64,000 bases of DNA from Octopus sinensis (Eukaryota): positions 2,232,001 through 2,296,000 of the forward strand of contig NC_043022.1 in the NCBI RefSeq assembly GCF_006345805.1, written 5' to 3'. Below the pieces are notes generated by a model. That model saw only the letters and a list, made by a program, of their open reading frames with translations. It searched no databases and was not told the DNA's origin. Position numbers and translations under genes: made by a program. This document shows, piece after piece, positions 1 to 13,172 of the stretch. Each line of letters starts with the position of its first letter. The stretch's first letter is position 1.

Positions 1-315
1 ACACACACACACACACATGCATACAGACATATACTTACAAACTAACACACACATACAAATTCACATATATGCACACACACATACTTAGATTCATATACAC
101 ATAATTACAAACACACAGAGACAAACACACACACACACACACACATGCATACAGATATATCCTTACAGACAAATGCATAGACATATACTTACAGACATAC
201 ACACACACACCACACACACACACACACACACATACTTAGACTCATATACACATAATTACAAACACACAGAGACAAACACACACACATGCACGCATACAGA
301 CATACTTACAGACTG

Positions 316-346
<31 letters not shown>

Positions 347-965
347 CTCACACATACATAAATATAGACAAACATACACAGACTCACAAGCACACACACA
401 TACACGTGCTCATTCACGCACACACATACACACCTATATACACAAATATTACCTTTCACAAACAAGTTATTGTATCCGCTGGAGGCAATTATTGTGCGGA
501 AACAATCCCCCATTCCATAGAGGGCAGTAGGTTTCCTTGACACAGTACAAAGCACAAGAGTTAATGGAGCACAGCATTCAATTTCCTATGCCTGCAATTC
601 AGGTTCAAACCCTGTCTTGACTGGCTTAAATTCCACACTTGTACAGAAGCGAATAAAAATAGAAGGTGCGTTGCTTAATGGCCAGGGTATCTACCTCTCA
701 ATTAAAAAGCCCTGACTTTGATTACTGGGGGGCGGGAAGGGCATTGTGACCTTGAGCAAGACAATTTATTTCACTTTGAAAATTACTATCTGTAAATCTC
801 AAAACGTGAGATATTCAGCAGCAGTACTTTGGAGTAAAGATTATTTGCCAACATAACATGGCAGTCCTGGTTTAGGACGAATGTTGCTGTAATTTAGCCC
901 CAGGAGACATCGTCACCAGCTGGCTATACGACACGATCTGTGTCCTTATAATTTTGAACAGTTAT

Positions 966-1010
966 TCTGTGCTGATGAAGGGAAATAACCCCAAAATCGT
1001 GATACACAGA
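966..1010 (+). ncRNA. Decayed type I hammerhead ribozyme motif (Penelope-like fragment)
   Basis: Stem I UCUGUG/CACAGA, core CUGAUGA, stem II GGG/CCC. G12 and the helix III palindrome look CpG-decayed (ccccAaaatcgTgata versus inferred ccccGaaatcgCgata). Confidence 0.55.
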
Positions 1011-1429
1011 TATTATTTTGAGACCCCAGTGCGTAACTGGTACTTAATTTATCGACCCCGAAAGGCTGAAAGGCAAAGTCAACCTTGGCGGAATTTGAAC
1101 TCAGAACGTAATGGCAGATGAAATACCTTTTTCTTTACTACCCACAAATTCGACTTAATCCCTTTGTCTATCCTTGTCAAATGGCTGAAACAAGTAAAAG
1201 AGTAAAAGGGTTAAAGTGATATAAATTAAGGAGATACTTGGCTACCCCAGTTGGTCAAGAAAGGAGAGGAAGGGGAAAAGCAGTTAGGGGGAAAGTTAGA
1301 GGAACGGTCAGACTAGGGGTGCCTAAAGAAGTGCTGATCTCTAAAATTACTACCCACAAATTCGACAGAGAGGACAAACAAGGACAGACAAACGGATTAA
1401 GTGTGTCCAAGGACACATCAAAATCAAAA

Positions 1430-1770
1430 TAAAAATCAAATGGAAATTGTAGTTATGATACCCATGCCGGTGGCACATAATAGGACCATCCAAAACATGT
1501 CTGATGCCAGCGCTGCGTGACTGGCGTCCGTGTCGGTGACCCGTAAAACGCACCAACCGATCATGGTCACTTGATCCCTGTGCCGGTGGCACGTAAAAAG
1601 CACCCACTACATTTGCGGAGTGGTTGGCATTAGGAAGGTCATCCAGCTGTAGAAACACTGCCAGATCAGACTGTTGCCTGCTGCAGCCTCCTGGCTTCCC
1701 AGACCCCGGTAGAACTGTCCAACCCATGCTAGCATGGAAAACGGATGTTAAATGATGATGATGATTATGA
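1430..1770 (+). mobile_element. RTE-related 3'-end repeat with (TGA)n tail
   Basis: Shares ggaagggcatccagctgtagaaa...catgctagcatggaaa with 13950-14130. Confidence 0.75.
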
Positions 1771-2478
1771 TGACAGACTGTGTTGTATAGCCAGCTGGAG
1801 ACGATGTCTCCTGGGGCTAAATTACAGCAACATTTGTCCTAAACCAGGACTGCCATGTTATGTTGGCAAATAATCTTTACTCTAATTTATTTCACGTTGC
1901 TCAAGTCTACTCGGCTGGCAAAAAATGAATTGTGCCTGTAATTCAAAGGGACCAGCCTTGTCACATACTGAAGCATCATCATTTAAGGTCCATTGTCCAT
2001 GCTGTCATGGGTTGGACAGTTTGACCAGAGCTGGCAAGCTGGGGAGCAGCTGCACCAGACTCCAGTCTGATTTGGCATGGTTCCTACAGCTGGATGCCCT
2101 TCCTAACACCAACCACTTTACAGAGGGTACTGGGTGCTTTTATGTGGCATCACATGGCACTGCACAGGCACTTTTATATGACGCCACATGGGTGCTTTTA
2201 CGTGGTGGTTTTACATGGCAACTTTTACATGGCATATATATATATATATATATATATCTGTGCATGTGTCTTTGTGGCTTGCCTCTGAGTGGTTACTTAA
2301 TAGGCTGATCATGTGAAACTATTGTGGTTTGGTCGTGATGTCTAGCCAGGTATCCAGAGATTTGGTTCTGAATCCCTGCTACAATGATATCAGTGGCTCA
2401 AATTATGCACAGCCTGTGAAAGTAAGAAGGTTAACAAAGAAAAGGTCACGCTGAAACATGAGTGGGGTTTTAGCTTAC

Positions 2479-2545
2479 CTGCGGAGGCAAAAATTTGTCG
2501 TTGTTGACGTAGGTGAATAACCTCCTTCGTGGTGCACCTTCTTTC
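2479..2545 (-). CDS. MKS1: MKS1 coding exon 4 (g+KEGAPRRRLFTYVNNDKFLPPQ)
   Basis: Acceptor ttttcatctttcAG, donor cag|GTAAGC, phase compatible with exon 3. RRLFTYVNND matches human RRIFTYTDSD. No further exon was recognised, so the gene runs off the left edge. Confidence 0.9.
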
Positions 2546-2909
2546 CTGAAAGATGAAAAGAAAGAATTTCAGGTGAGATAAAGAGTTTCACAAATGTGAA
2601 TGAAGGTCATTGACCCAGTGACAGAACCTCTTACGTGGTTGCATGGCTTGCTGGAAATAGCAGCCAAATCCCTCTCAAATTACAGTCTACTCTTTTTCTT
2701 TTATATTCTTTTACTTATTTCAGTCATGTGACTGCAGCCATGCTGGAGCACCACATTTAGTCGAGCAAATCGACCCCAGGACTTATTTGCTGTAAGCCTA
2801 GTCTATCAGTCTCTTTACCCAAACCACTAAGTTACAGGGACGTAAACACACTAGCATTGGTTGTCAAGTGATATTGGGGGGACAAACAGACACACAAACA
2901 TATACACAA

Positions 2910-2956
<47 letters not shown>

Positions 2957-3379
2957 GGCGCAGGAGTGGCTGTGTGGTAAGAAGCTTGCTAACCAACCAC
3001 ATGGTTCCGGGTTCAGTCCCACTGCGTGGCATCTTGGGCAAGTATCTTCTGCTATAGCCCCGGGCCGACCAATGCCATGTGAGTGGATTTGGTAGACGGA
3101 AACTGAAAGAAGCCCGTCGTATATATGTATATATATATATAAGTGTGTGTGTGTGTATATGTTTGTGTGTCTGTGTTTGTCCCCCTAGCATTGCTTGACA
3201 ACCGATGCTGGTGTGTTTACGTCCCCGTCACTTAGCGGTTCGGCAAAAGGGACCGATAGAATAAGTACTGGGCTTACAAAAGAATAAGTCCCGGGGTCGA
3301 TTTGCTCGACTAAAGGTGGTGCTCCAGCATGGCCGCAGTCAAATGACTGAAACAAGTAAAAGAGTAAAAGAGTAAAGAG
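2957..3379 (+). mobile_element. tRNA-derived SINE family A, full length with internal (TA)n(TG)n
   Basis: Head ggcgcaggagtggctgtgtggtaag...ggttcagtccc (A/B-box-like), tail ...gactgaaacaagtaaaagag. Dozens of copies in the window. Confidence 0.85.
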
Positions 3380-3714
3380 TATATATATACATATACAGTG
3401 GTCTTCTTTCAGTTTCTTTCTACCAAATCCACTCACAAGGTTTTGGTCGGCCTGAGAGTATAGTAGAAGATACTTGCTCAAGGTGGCACGCATGTGGTTG
3501 GTAGTCTATTTTTTTTTAAAGGATAAAATGGGAAGGGAAGCAAACTGAATGAGGTAAGCTGAGATAGACGATGCAATGCATGTAAGAAAGAAAGATGAGA
3601 TGGTCATGGTTGGAGCACCTTTGATCAGAGGTTTGCTTTATCAAGGCTGAATCAAGCCAATGACAACAGGGAGGGAGGGAAAGGGAGAATGAGGGGGGTG
3701 AGAGCAAAGGTGAC

Positions 3715-3800
3715 AAGGAAGAAGAAGAAGAAGAAGAAGAAGACGAGGAGGAGGTGGTGGTGGTAGTGGTGGAAGTAGTAGTAGTAGTAGTAGTAGTGTT
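3715..3800. repeat. Compound trinucleotide repeat (GAA)(GAG)(GTG)(GTA)
   Basis: Direct reading. Confidence 0.9.
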
Positions 3801-3965
3801 GGCTAGAGTATTTAGTTGTTATTGTTTCGACCCAGGCCAGCTCTGGTCAGGCATACCAATCCTATTTTTCAGTAAGATATTTAACATTGTCACTGGAATA
3901 AATAAATGACCGTTATTAAATTCAATTTGGAAATCAAAGGGTTCAAGAAAGGAATCATCACTTAC

Positions 3966-4048
3966 AACAACTTGCAAACACTTTCATGGTATTTTTCAGA
4001 CAAGATGCCTTCACAATAATCTCTCTGGGAGTAAAACGTAATTTCTCT
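3966..4048 (-). CDS. MKS1: MKS1 coding exon 3 (REITFYSQRDYCEGILSEKYHESVCKL+tt)
   Basis: Acceptor ttttatttccAG, donor tt|GTAAGT, phase 0 to phase 2. Aligns to human [27 protein letters not shown]. Confidence 0.88.
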
Positions 4049-4914
4049 CTGGAAATAAAACCAGAAAATAAATATGAAAAACAGTTTAGAATTGGTAAAG
4101 CTCAACATCTGGAGATCATTTCCCACCACTTCATCCCATGTCTTCCTGAGTCTACCCTTTCTATAAGTTCCCTCCACAATTAGAGATCAGCACTTCTTTA
4201 GGCACCCTTAGTCTGACCATCCCTCTAACTTTCTCTCTAACTGCTTTTCCCCTTCCTCTCCTTTCTTGACCAACTGGGGTAGCCAAGTATCTCCTTAATT
4301 TATATCACTTTAACCCTTTTACTCTTTTACTTGTTTCAGCCATTTGACAAGGACAGACAAAAGGATTAAGTCGATTATATCGACCCCAGTGCGTAACTGG
4401 TACTTAATTTATCGACCCCGAAAGGATGAAAGGCAAAGTCGACCACGATGGAATTTGAACTCAGAACGTAGCGGCAGACGAAATACCTATTTCTTTACTA
4501 TCCACAAGGGGCTAAACAAAGAGAGGACAAACAAGGACACAAACGGATTAAGTTGATTACATCGACCCCAGTGCATAACTGGTACTTAATTTATCAACCC
4601 CGAAAAGATGAAAGGCAAAGTCGACCTCGGCGGAATTTGAACTCAGAACATAACGGCAGACAAAATACGCCGCCGCCTTAGGTAATTTAGGTAATTCTAA
4701 AACAGGAAGTTTATATCATAAAATCAAAGACAGTCTTAGAAAGATCAATATTAAAAACAGTTAATCTCATTAATGACATCAACAGTTACAAATGTTTAAA
4801 GTTTAATTATGTTAACGACATTAATTAAAAATATTAAAGCATTCAGGACTGCCATTAATGGTGTGAAAGAGATTTAGAAAAAGAAAGTAAATGGCATCAC
4901 TGGCCCCAAAGTAC

Positions 4915-5059
4915 CTGAGAAAAGACTTTTTCTTGCCAATGGAATATTTTGTATTCAATGTCTCTACTGGCAAGGACTTTGTTAGATCTTTCGCTGTTCG
5001 GGTCATCTTCATCTCCGCTGTGGAAGAAGGAATTTGAGGTTATCCGCTTCAGGCACACA
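4915..5059 (-). CDS. MKS1: MKS1 coding exon 2 (t+VCLKRITSNSFFHSGDEDDPNSERSNKVLASRDIEYKIFHWQEKVFSQ)
   Basis: Acceptor ctttccAG, donor cag|GTACTT. Phase 2 start fits exon 1. Matches human VHLQRITSSNFLH...IVIGWQEKLFSQ. Confidence 0.93.
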
Positions 5060-5066
5060 CTGGAAA

Positions 5067-5124
<58 letters not shown>

Positions 5125-5635
5125 TACTGATAATAATAAAATTTTCTTGTTTTCTTAAACATTCTGTAGGACAACACTAAGTGCAAAATCAAATATATGA
5201 TACCCTAGGTGTAACACCAACATGAACTTCTAACTTGGCTCTTGAGGTCTCTGGGTGAGGCTTGGAGTCAACTTGTACAAATGCAAAGCAAAAGTCAAAC
5301 AAATAATAATAATAATAATGGTTTCATATTTTTCCACAAGTGCAGCTATTTTGAGGGAGGGGACTAGTTGATTACATCGACCCCAAGTGTCTCACTGGTA
5401 CTTAATTTAACGATCCCAAAAGGATGAAAGGCAAAGTCAACCTCAGTGGAATTTGAACTTAGAACTTGAAAACAGATAAAATACTTTTAAGCACTTCACC
5501 AAACAAAGTGCTACTAAGCATTTTGCCTGGCATGCTAAAGATTCCACCAGCTCACTGCATAATAATGACAATGATAACCCTTTCTGTTATAGGAACAGGG
5601 CCCGAAATTTTGGGGGTTCAAAATGGTTGATTACA

Positions 5636-6090
5636 TCATCATCATCATCGTTTAATGTCCGCTTTCCATGCTAGCATGGGTTGGACGATTTGACTGAGGA
5701 CTGGTGAACCAGATGGTTGCACCAGGCTCCGATCTTGATCTGGCATAGTTTCTACAGCTGGATGCCCTTCCTAATGCCAACCACACCGAGAGTGTAGTGG
5801 GTGCTTTTATGTCCCACCGGAATGAGGGCCAGTCAGGCAGTACTTGCAACAGCCACGCTCAACTAGTGTTTTTTACATGCTACCCGCACAGGAGCCAGTC
5901 CAGCGGCACTGGCAACGACCTCGCTCGAATGTTTTTTCACGTGCCACTGGCACAAGTGCCAGTAAGGCGACCCTAGTAACGATCACGCTCAATGGTGCTT
6001 TTTACGTGTCACTGGCACAGAAGCTAGATAGCTGTTCTGGCAATGATCATGCTCGGATGGTGCTCTTAGTGCTCCACTAGCACGGATGCC
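5636..6090 (-). mobile_element. RTE-related 3'-end repeat
   Basis: (CAT)n tail plus family body. Other copies at ~11745-12240(+), 12820-12955(-), 14244-14430(+), 16596-16900(-), 36680-36900(-), 53060-53400(-), 54200-54460(+), 59915-60225(-), 63820-63990(-). Confidence 0.75.
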
Positions 6091-6444
6091 AGTCAAGTAC
6101 AATAATTAAATGGTATTTAATTCACGGGCCCTGGAAGGATGAAAAGCTAAGTCGATCTTGGCACAATCTGAGCTCAGAATATAAAGATGATGTTGATCCT
6201 AGCTGTATTAGCCCCTTTGCCTTTCTCTTGGATAACATTGGAGGCATGGAAAGGAAGGGAGGCTGGTATGCATGGGCGACTGCTGGTCTTCCATAAACAA
6301 CCTTGCCTGGACTTGTGCCTCGGAGGGGAACTTTCTAGGGTGCAATCTCATGGTCATTCATGACTGAAGGGGTCTTTACCCTTTTACACACATACACTGA
6401 ACAAATTCTTTTCATCACTTAAGAGGCAGTCGTTACAGCTGTGA

Positions 6445-6790
6445 GTGCGAAGGTGCATGGCTGAGTGGTTAGAACATAAAGCTCCCAACCATGAGGTTGT
6501 GATTTCAGTTCCCAGACTGGGCTGCGTGTTGTGTTCTTAAGCAAGACGCTTTATTTCATGTTGCTCCAGTTTACTCATCTGTAGAAATGAGTTGTGATTT
6601 CACTGGTGCTAAGCTGTATTGGCCCCTTTGCCTTTCCCTTGGACAACATTGATGGCATGGAGAAGGGAGGCTGGTATGCATGGATGACTGCTGGTCTTCC
6701 ATAAACAACCTTGCCTGGTCTTGTACCACAGAGGGGAATTTCCTAGGTGCAATCCCATTGTCATTCATGACCAAAGGGGGTCTTTCCCTC
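6445..6790 (+). mobile_element. tRNA-derived SINE family C (V-domain-like centre)
   Basis: ggctgagtggttaga head, gtgttcttgagcaagacact centre, ...catgaccaaagggg tail. Copies at ~6185-6390, 6850-6990, 30590-30980(-), 50003-50300, 59080-59365, 59585-59880. Confidence 0.75.
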
Positions 6791-7388
6791 TTTTACATAC
6801 ACACACACAAACACAAACACAGTTAATTGACAGTTGTTAGAGCTGTGGGTGGGAAGGTGCATGGCTCAGTGGTTAGAGCATCAGGCTCACAATCATAAAG
6901 TAGTGAGTTCAATTCCTGGACCAGGCTCTGTGTTGTGTTCTTGAGCAAGACACTTTATTTCATGTTGCTCCAGTTCACTCAGCTGTAAAAGGCTTTGGTC
7001 GGCCTGAGGCTATAGTAGAAGACACTTGCCCAAGATGCAACGCAGTGTGACTGAACCCAGAACCATGTGGTTGGGAAGCAAGCTTCTTACCACACAACCA
7101 ACCCTGCGCATATGATCACTTTCAAACAACTGATTTATATTGTAGACGTATTTCAGTGAGTCTGGTAACAAAAGGATTATAAATCTGGAGCAAGAATATA
7201 GAATAAATCGGGTTTTTTATTGATTTTTTTTTGCTATTTTTTTTTAGCTGAAAATTTCAAATAGATAGAAATAAGATATTCCTCCTTCTTAAAACAGACA
7301 TTGGACCAGGAGAATGAAATCAAAATTTTAAAAAAAAAATTTTAATTTAAACTCATCTAATACTATGAAATAAATAAATAAATAAATG

Positions 7389-7509
7389 TCCTGGTTCCGG
7401 GTTCAGTCCTACTGCGTGGCATCTTGGGCAAGTGTCTTCTGCTATAGCCCCGGGCCGACCAATGCCTTGTGAGTGGATTTGGTAGACGGAAACTGAAAGA
7501 AGCCTGTCG

Positions 7510-7607
<98 letters not shown>

Positions 7608-7815
7608 ATGTGTCTGTGTTTGTCCCCCTAGCATTGCTTGACAACCGATGCTGGTGTGTTTACATCCCCGTTACTTAGCGGTTCGGCAAAAGGGACCGAT
7701 AGAATAAGTACTGGTCTTACAAAGAATATGTCCCGGGGTCGATTTACTCGACTAAAGGCAGTGCTCCAGCATGGCCGCAGTCAAATGACTGAAACAAGTA
7801 AAAGAGTAAAAGAGT
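7389..7815 (+). mobile_element. SINE family A, 5'-truncated
   Basis: Near-identical to 2957-3379. Confidence 0.8.
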
Positions 7816-8589
7816 ATTGATTTCAATTAGAATTTCAGATTAAAAAAATTTTTTTTTTAGAGAAAACATTTTTGTTTCTTCAATTTGAAGTTTTAACCCT
7901 TTCGTTACCAACCCGGTTGAAACCAGCTCTAGCTCTTTAGTACAAATGTCTGGTTTTCAAAAGTTCTAAATTAAAACCTTCCACCAAACCTTAGTCACAA
8001 TTTATGTCCCTAACTCTAGCTTAATGATAACGATGTTATTTTACTTAATTCTTTGTTATATTTAACATAATTGGAAGAGCATCTCAAAATATATTCAGTA
8101 ATGAAAGGGTTAAAGAACTTGAAAACCCAAACTGCAATGAAAAACCTGAATGATGGATGAAGTCATTTTCAATACATATAAATAGTGACACAGGTGTGGT
8201 TGAGCAATTCACCACATGGTTACAGGTTCAGTCCCACTGCGCAGCACCTTGGACAAGTGTCTTTTACAATAGCCTTGCGCCAACCAAAGCTTTGTAAATG
8301 GATTTGATGGATGATGTGATTGTAACCTTTTTCCTACCAACCCATCTGAAACTGTGGGGGCACATAGCTTAGTGGTTAGGGTGTTGGACTTATGATCATA
8401 AGATTGTGGTTTTGATTATAAATATATATAGGCGCAGGAGGGGCCAGGGGTGGGTATAGCCTTGTGAGTGGATTTGGTAGATGGAAACTGAAAGAAGCCT
8501 GTCTTATGTGTGTGTGTGTGTGTGTGTGTGTTTCTGTGTCTGTGTTTGTCCCTCCACCATCGCTTGACAACCAATGTTAGTGTGTTTAC

Positions 8590-8654
8590 ATCTCCATAAA
8601 TATATATATATACTTATATCTATCTATCTATCGATCTATCTATCTAACTATCTA

Positions 8655-8685
<31 letters not shown>

Positions 8686-8717
8686 ATATCTATATATATA
8701 TATATATAATATATATA

Positions 8718-8760
<43 letters not shown>

Positions 8761-8799
8761 ATTATATATATACACATATGTATACATATTTAAATATAT

Positions 8800-8841
<42 letters not shown>

Positions 8842-9004
8842 ATATATTTAAATATTTATATATATACACATATGTATACATATTTAATATATATATACAT
8901 GTAAATATATATATATACACATATATATATATATAATATATATATATATATACATATATACATATATATATATACATATATAATATATACATATATATAT
9001 AATG

Positions 9005-9035
<31 letters not shown>

Positions 9036-9125
9036 GTATAAATATATATACATATGTATATATATATATTACATATGAATGCATGTATATATTTATATAT
9101 ATATATATATGTATTTATTTACATA

Positions 9126-9156
<31 letters not shown>

Positions 9157-9530
9157 GCACACAAGTATACACACACATATATGTATGTATGTGTATACGC
9201 ACACATAAGTCTGTTTGTATCAACTGTATGTATGTTGTGTATATTTTAGTAGGAGATTAATTCATAGATTTTAATTCTGCCTACATTTTCCCCATTTCGC
9301 AGCCGATGTTGTTCAAGCAGTATTGATTATTATCTCACCCCCACCAAACCCCTCTCCACTGCCACCACCACAAATGCGTCCCCTGCGCCACCCCAACACC
9401 ACCATTCTTTTTCCTTCCTCTATCCTTCTCTGTTTGTTTATCTCTAAGAACTTTCAATTTATTTTGGTTTGTTCACTCTTTCAGGAATGGTAGTTTTACT
9501 TATTCACTGCAGCATTATACACATACATAC

Positions 9531-9626
<96 letters not shown>

Positions 9627-10200
9627 CCATATATATACACATACATACATATGCATATATACATATATACACACATCCACACAATATAAAGATGTGCATA
9701 TATATATAATATTACACATACATATACACATATATATATATACATACACACACATCCATACATGCACACATATATATATACATATATTCATACACACAGA
9801 TATATATATATATATATATACACACATCCATATACATACACACACATACATATGCATGCACATATATACACACACACACATATATTCTTACACATACATA
9901 TACGCACATATATATATGCATACTTATATAGACACAAAAACATATGTATATATAAAAAAAACACACAAAGACATATACATACATACACACACACACACAC
10001 ATATAAATACATATGTATATATATAAACACACACATGCATAAACACATACACACAGACACACACATATATATATATATACAAATACACACAGACACACAT
10101 ATATACACACATATATGTCTATACAAACACACACACACACATGCATGCACACACGCGGGCGCACACATACACACCACACACAAATATTTGGAGTTCTAGG
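8590..10200. repeat. Long degenerate (TA)n/(CA)n microsatellite block
   Basis: Dinucleotide tracts that give rise to the Y/I/H/T/C/V ORFs. Similar blocks at 1-430, 10450-10870, 15650-16080, 39400-39930, 41830-42130, 45300-45540. Confidence 0.95.
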
Positions 10201-11341
10201 GAGTGACTGGCTGCTAATGTTTGTCCTCTTCCGTCCATCTTAGGATGAGATGAGTTTGCACTCCATTCTCAGGTCATCATTCTCGGCCGCAGTGAATTCA
10301 TTTCTGCAGCTCGACATAACAGACAGACCCCCCCCCAGACAACAACACCCCCACCCACCCTCCATCTTTCCCCTGCACCCACTGACAGGGGGTGGGGTGG
10401 GACTGATTAAATTCAGAACCAATGAAATAATACTGGCATCACTTCGTTTGACCATGTTTATATATGTATAATAATATATATATATATACACACACACATA
10501 TATCCATATATATACACATATATATACATACATATACACACACACACATATATATATATATACATATATATACACACACATATATATCCATATATATACA
10601 CACATATATATATATACATATATACACATACATATATATATACATATATACACCACACATATATATATATATCCATATATATACACACACATAAATATAT
10701 ACATATATACACACACACACACATATATATACATATATATATACATATATACACACACACATATATATATATATACATATATATATACATAAATATACAC
10801 ATATATATACACATATATATACATACATAAATATACATACATACGCACACACATACACATATATGTGTGTATATATATATTCTTTTACTCTTTTACTTGT
10901 TTCAGTCATTTGACTGTGGCCATGCTGCTGCACCGCCTTTAGTCAAACAAATCGACTTATTGTTTGTAAGCCAAATACTTATTCTCTCAGTCTCTTTTGC
11001 CGAACCGCTAAGTGATGAGGACATAAACAGGCCAACATCGGTTGTCAAGCGATGGTGGGGGGTGAAAAACACAGACACACACTCACACAAACATATATAT
11101 ATATATATATATACGACGAGCTTCTTTCAGTTTCCGTCTACCAAATCCACTCACAAGGCTTTGGTCAGCCCAAGGCTACAGTAGAAGACTTTTCCAAGAT
11201 GCTGTGTAGTGGGATTGAACCTGGAACCATATGGTTGGAAAGCATCCCCAGCAGAACTATTCATGGATTCTATTTAACAGCAGTGCCCCATCATGGCCAC
11301 AGTCCTCAGACTGAAACCATAAAAGAAAACAATATATATAT

Positions 11342-11740
11342 AGGAGCAGGAGTGGCTGTGTGGTAAGTAGCTTGCTAACCAACCACATGGTTCCGGGTTC
11401 AGTCCCACTGCGTGGCATCTTGGGCAAGTGTCTTCTGCTATAGCCCCGGGCCGACCAATGCCTTGTGAGTGGATTTGGTAGACGGAAACTGAAAGAAGCC
11501 CCTCGTATATATGTATATATATGTATGTGTATGTGTGTGTATCTGTGTTTGTCCCCCTAGCATTGCTTGACAACCGATGCTGGTGTGTTTACGTCCCCGT
11601 CACTTAGCGGTTCAGTAAAAGAGACCGATAGAATAAGTACTGGGCTTACAAAGAATAAGTCCCGGGGTCGATTTGCTCGACTAAAGGCGGTGCTCCAGCA
11701 TGGCCGCAGTCAAATGACTGAAAAAAGTAAAAGAGTAAAG
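11342..11740 (+). mobile_element. SINE family A, full length
   Basis: Near-identical to 2957-3379. Confidence 0.8.
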
Positions 11741-12739
11741 AGAGATACACTAAACTCTGCTTGCGAAGACCTGTTGGGGCAATTGAAATCAAAATTGAAC
11801 CAAATTCGATGACTGGCTCCCATGCCAGTAGAGCGGTAACAGCTCCATCCGAGCATGATCATTGCCAGAACAGCTGTCTGGCACGTAAAGGGCACCATTT
11901 GAGCGTGATCTTTGTCAGCATCGCCTCACTGGCACATGAACAAAACATTCGAGCGAGGTCGTTGCCAGTGCCGCCGGACTGACTCCTGTGCAGGTGGCAC
12001 CTATAAAAACAATTTTCGAGCGTGGCTGTTGCCAGTACTGCTCGACTGGCTCTCGTGCCGGAGGCACTTTAAAAGCACCCACTACATTCTCGGAGTGGTT
12101 GGCGTTAGGAAGGGCATCCAGCTGTAGAAACTCTGCCAGATCAGATTGGAGCCTGGTGCAGCCATCTGGTTCACCAGTCCTCAGTCAAATCGTCCAACCC
12201 ATGCTAGCATGGAAAGCGGACGTTAAACAATGATGATGATATACAATGGGTTTCAGTCAGTTTCCATCTAACAAATCCAATCACAAGTCTTCGGTTGGTC
12301 TAAGGCTATAGTAGAATATACTCGCCCAGTGTGCCATGCAGTGCGACTGAACCCGGAACCATAGAGTTGATAAGCAAACTCCTTAACCACACAGCCACGC
12401 CTTTCTTTTGTTTTTTTTTTAAATTTATTCAAAGAAGGCAAAAAATTAATGGAAAATTCCACAATGTTAATCCCAGAGCTCAGAAAATTATTCAATTTCA
12501 GTTTCATTTCTTAAAACAAGAGCTGCATAAATAATTAGTATTTAATTTCGATTTTTTATTTGTAAATAATATTTTAGAAAGAAGGAAAGACAATAAAAAG
12601 CTTGTTCTAGTCTGATACCTCCCTTAAAGCACATGTATACACACATACAAATATACACACATATATAAATACATATATATATAAACACACACATATGCAT
12701 ACATATACACACACACACATATATATATATACATATATA

Positions 12740-12810
<71 letters not shown>

Positions 12811-13136
12811 ATATATATGTATCATCATCATTATCATGGTTTTATGTCCGCTTTCCATGTTGGCATGGGTTGGACGGTTTGACTGAGGTCTGACGAACCA
12901 GATGGCTGCACCAGGCTTCAATCTTGATTTGGCAGAGTTTCTACAGCTGGATGCCCTTCATGAAAGGCCTGGTTGGAAGCCCAATCTTCCAACATCTTTT
13001 ACAGGGCTTAGAAAAACTGAAGGACAACTGTAATAAGTGTGTGAATCTGAGAGGAGGGGAATATGGTGAATAAAATCATAATTAAGTCATACTTCTGAAT
13101 TTTCTTTTACCCAAAGCCTGGGTGTACTGGATACAT

Positions 13137-13170
<34 letters not shown>

Positions 13171-13172
<2 letters not shown>

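Noticed and set aside
430-560. Possible MKS1 exon 5 (ends in aaag|GTAATA)
   Set aside because: No frame resembles the expected MTT...FLVERMANVRRRR segment.
2957-3030. tRNA genes
   Set aside because: The A/B-box-like heads belong to SINEs. They form no complete cloverleaf and always continue into SINE bodies.
8574-10860. Long ORFs of 100-206 aa rich in Y/I/H/T/C/V (also at 14.7, 15.7, 22.3-23.4, 41.7, 45.2 and 54.7 kb)
   Set aside because: They are translations of (TA)n/(CA)n microsatellites and SINE A, with no splice or homology support.
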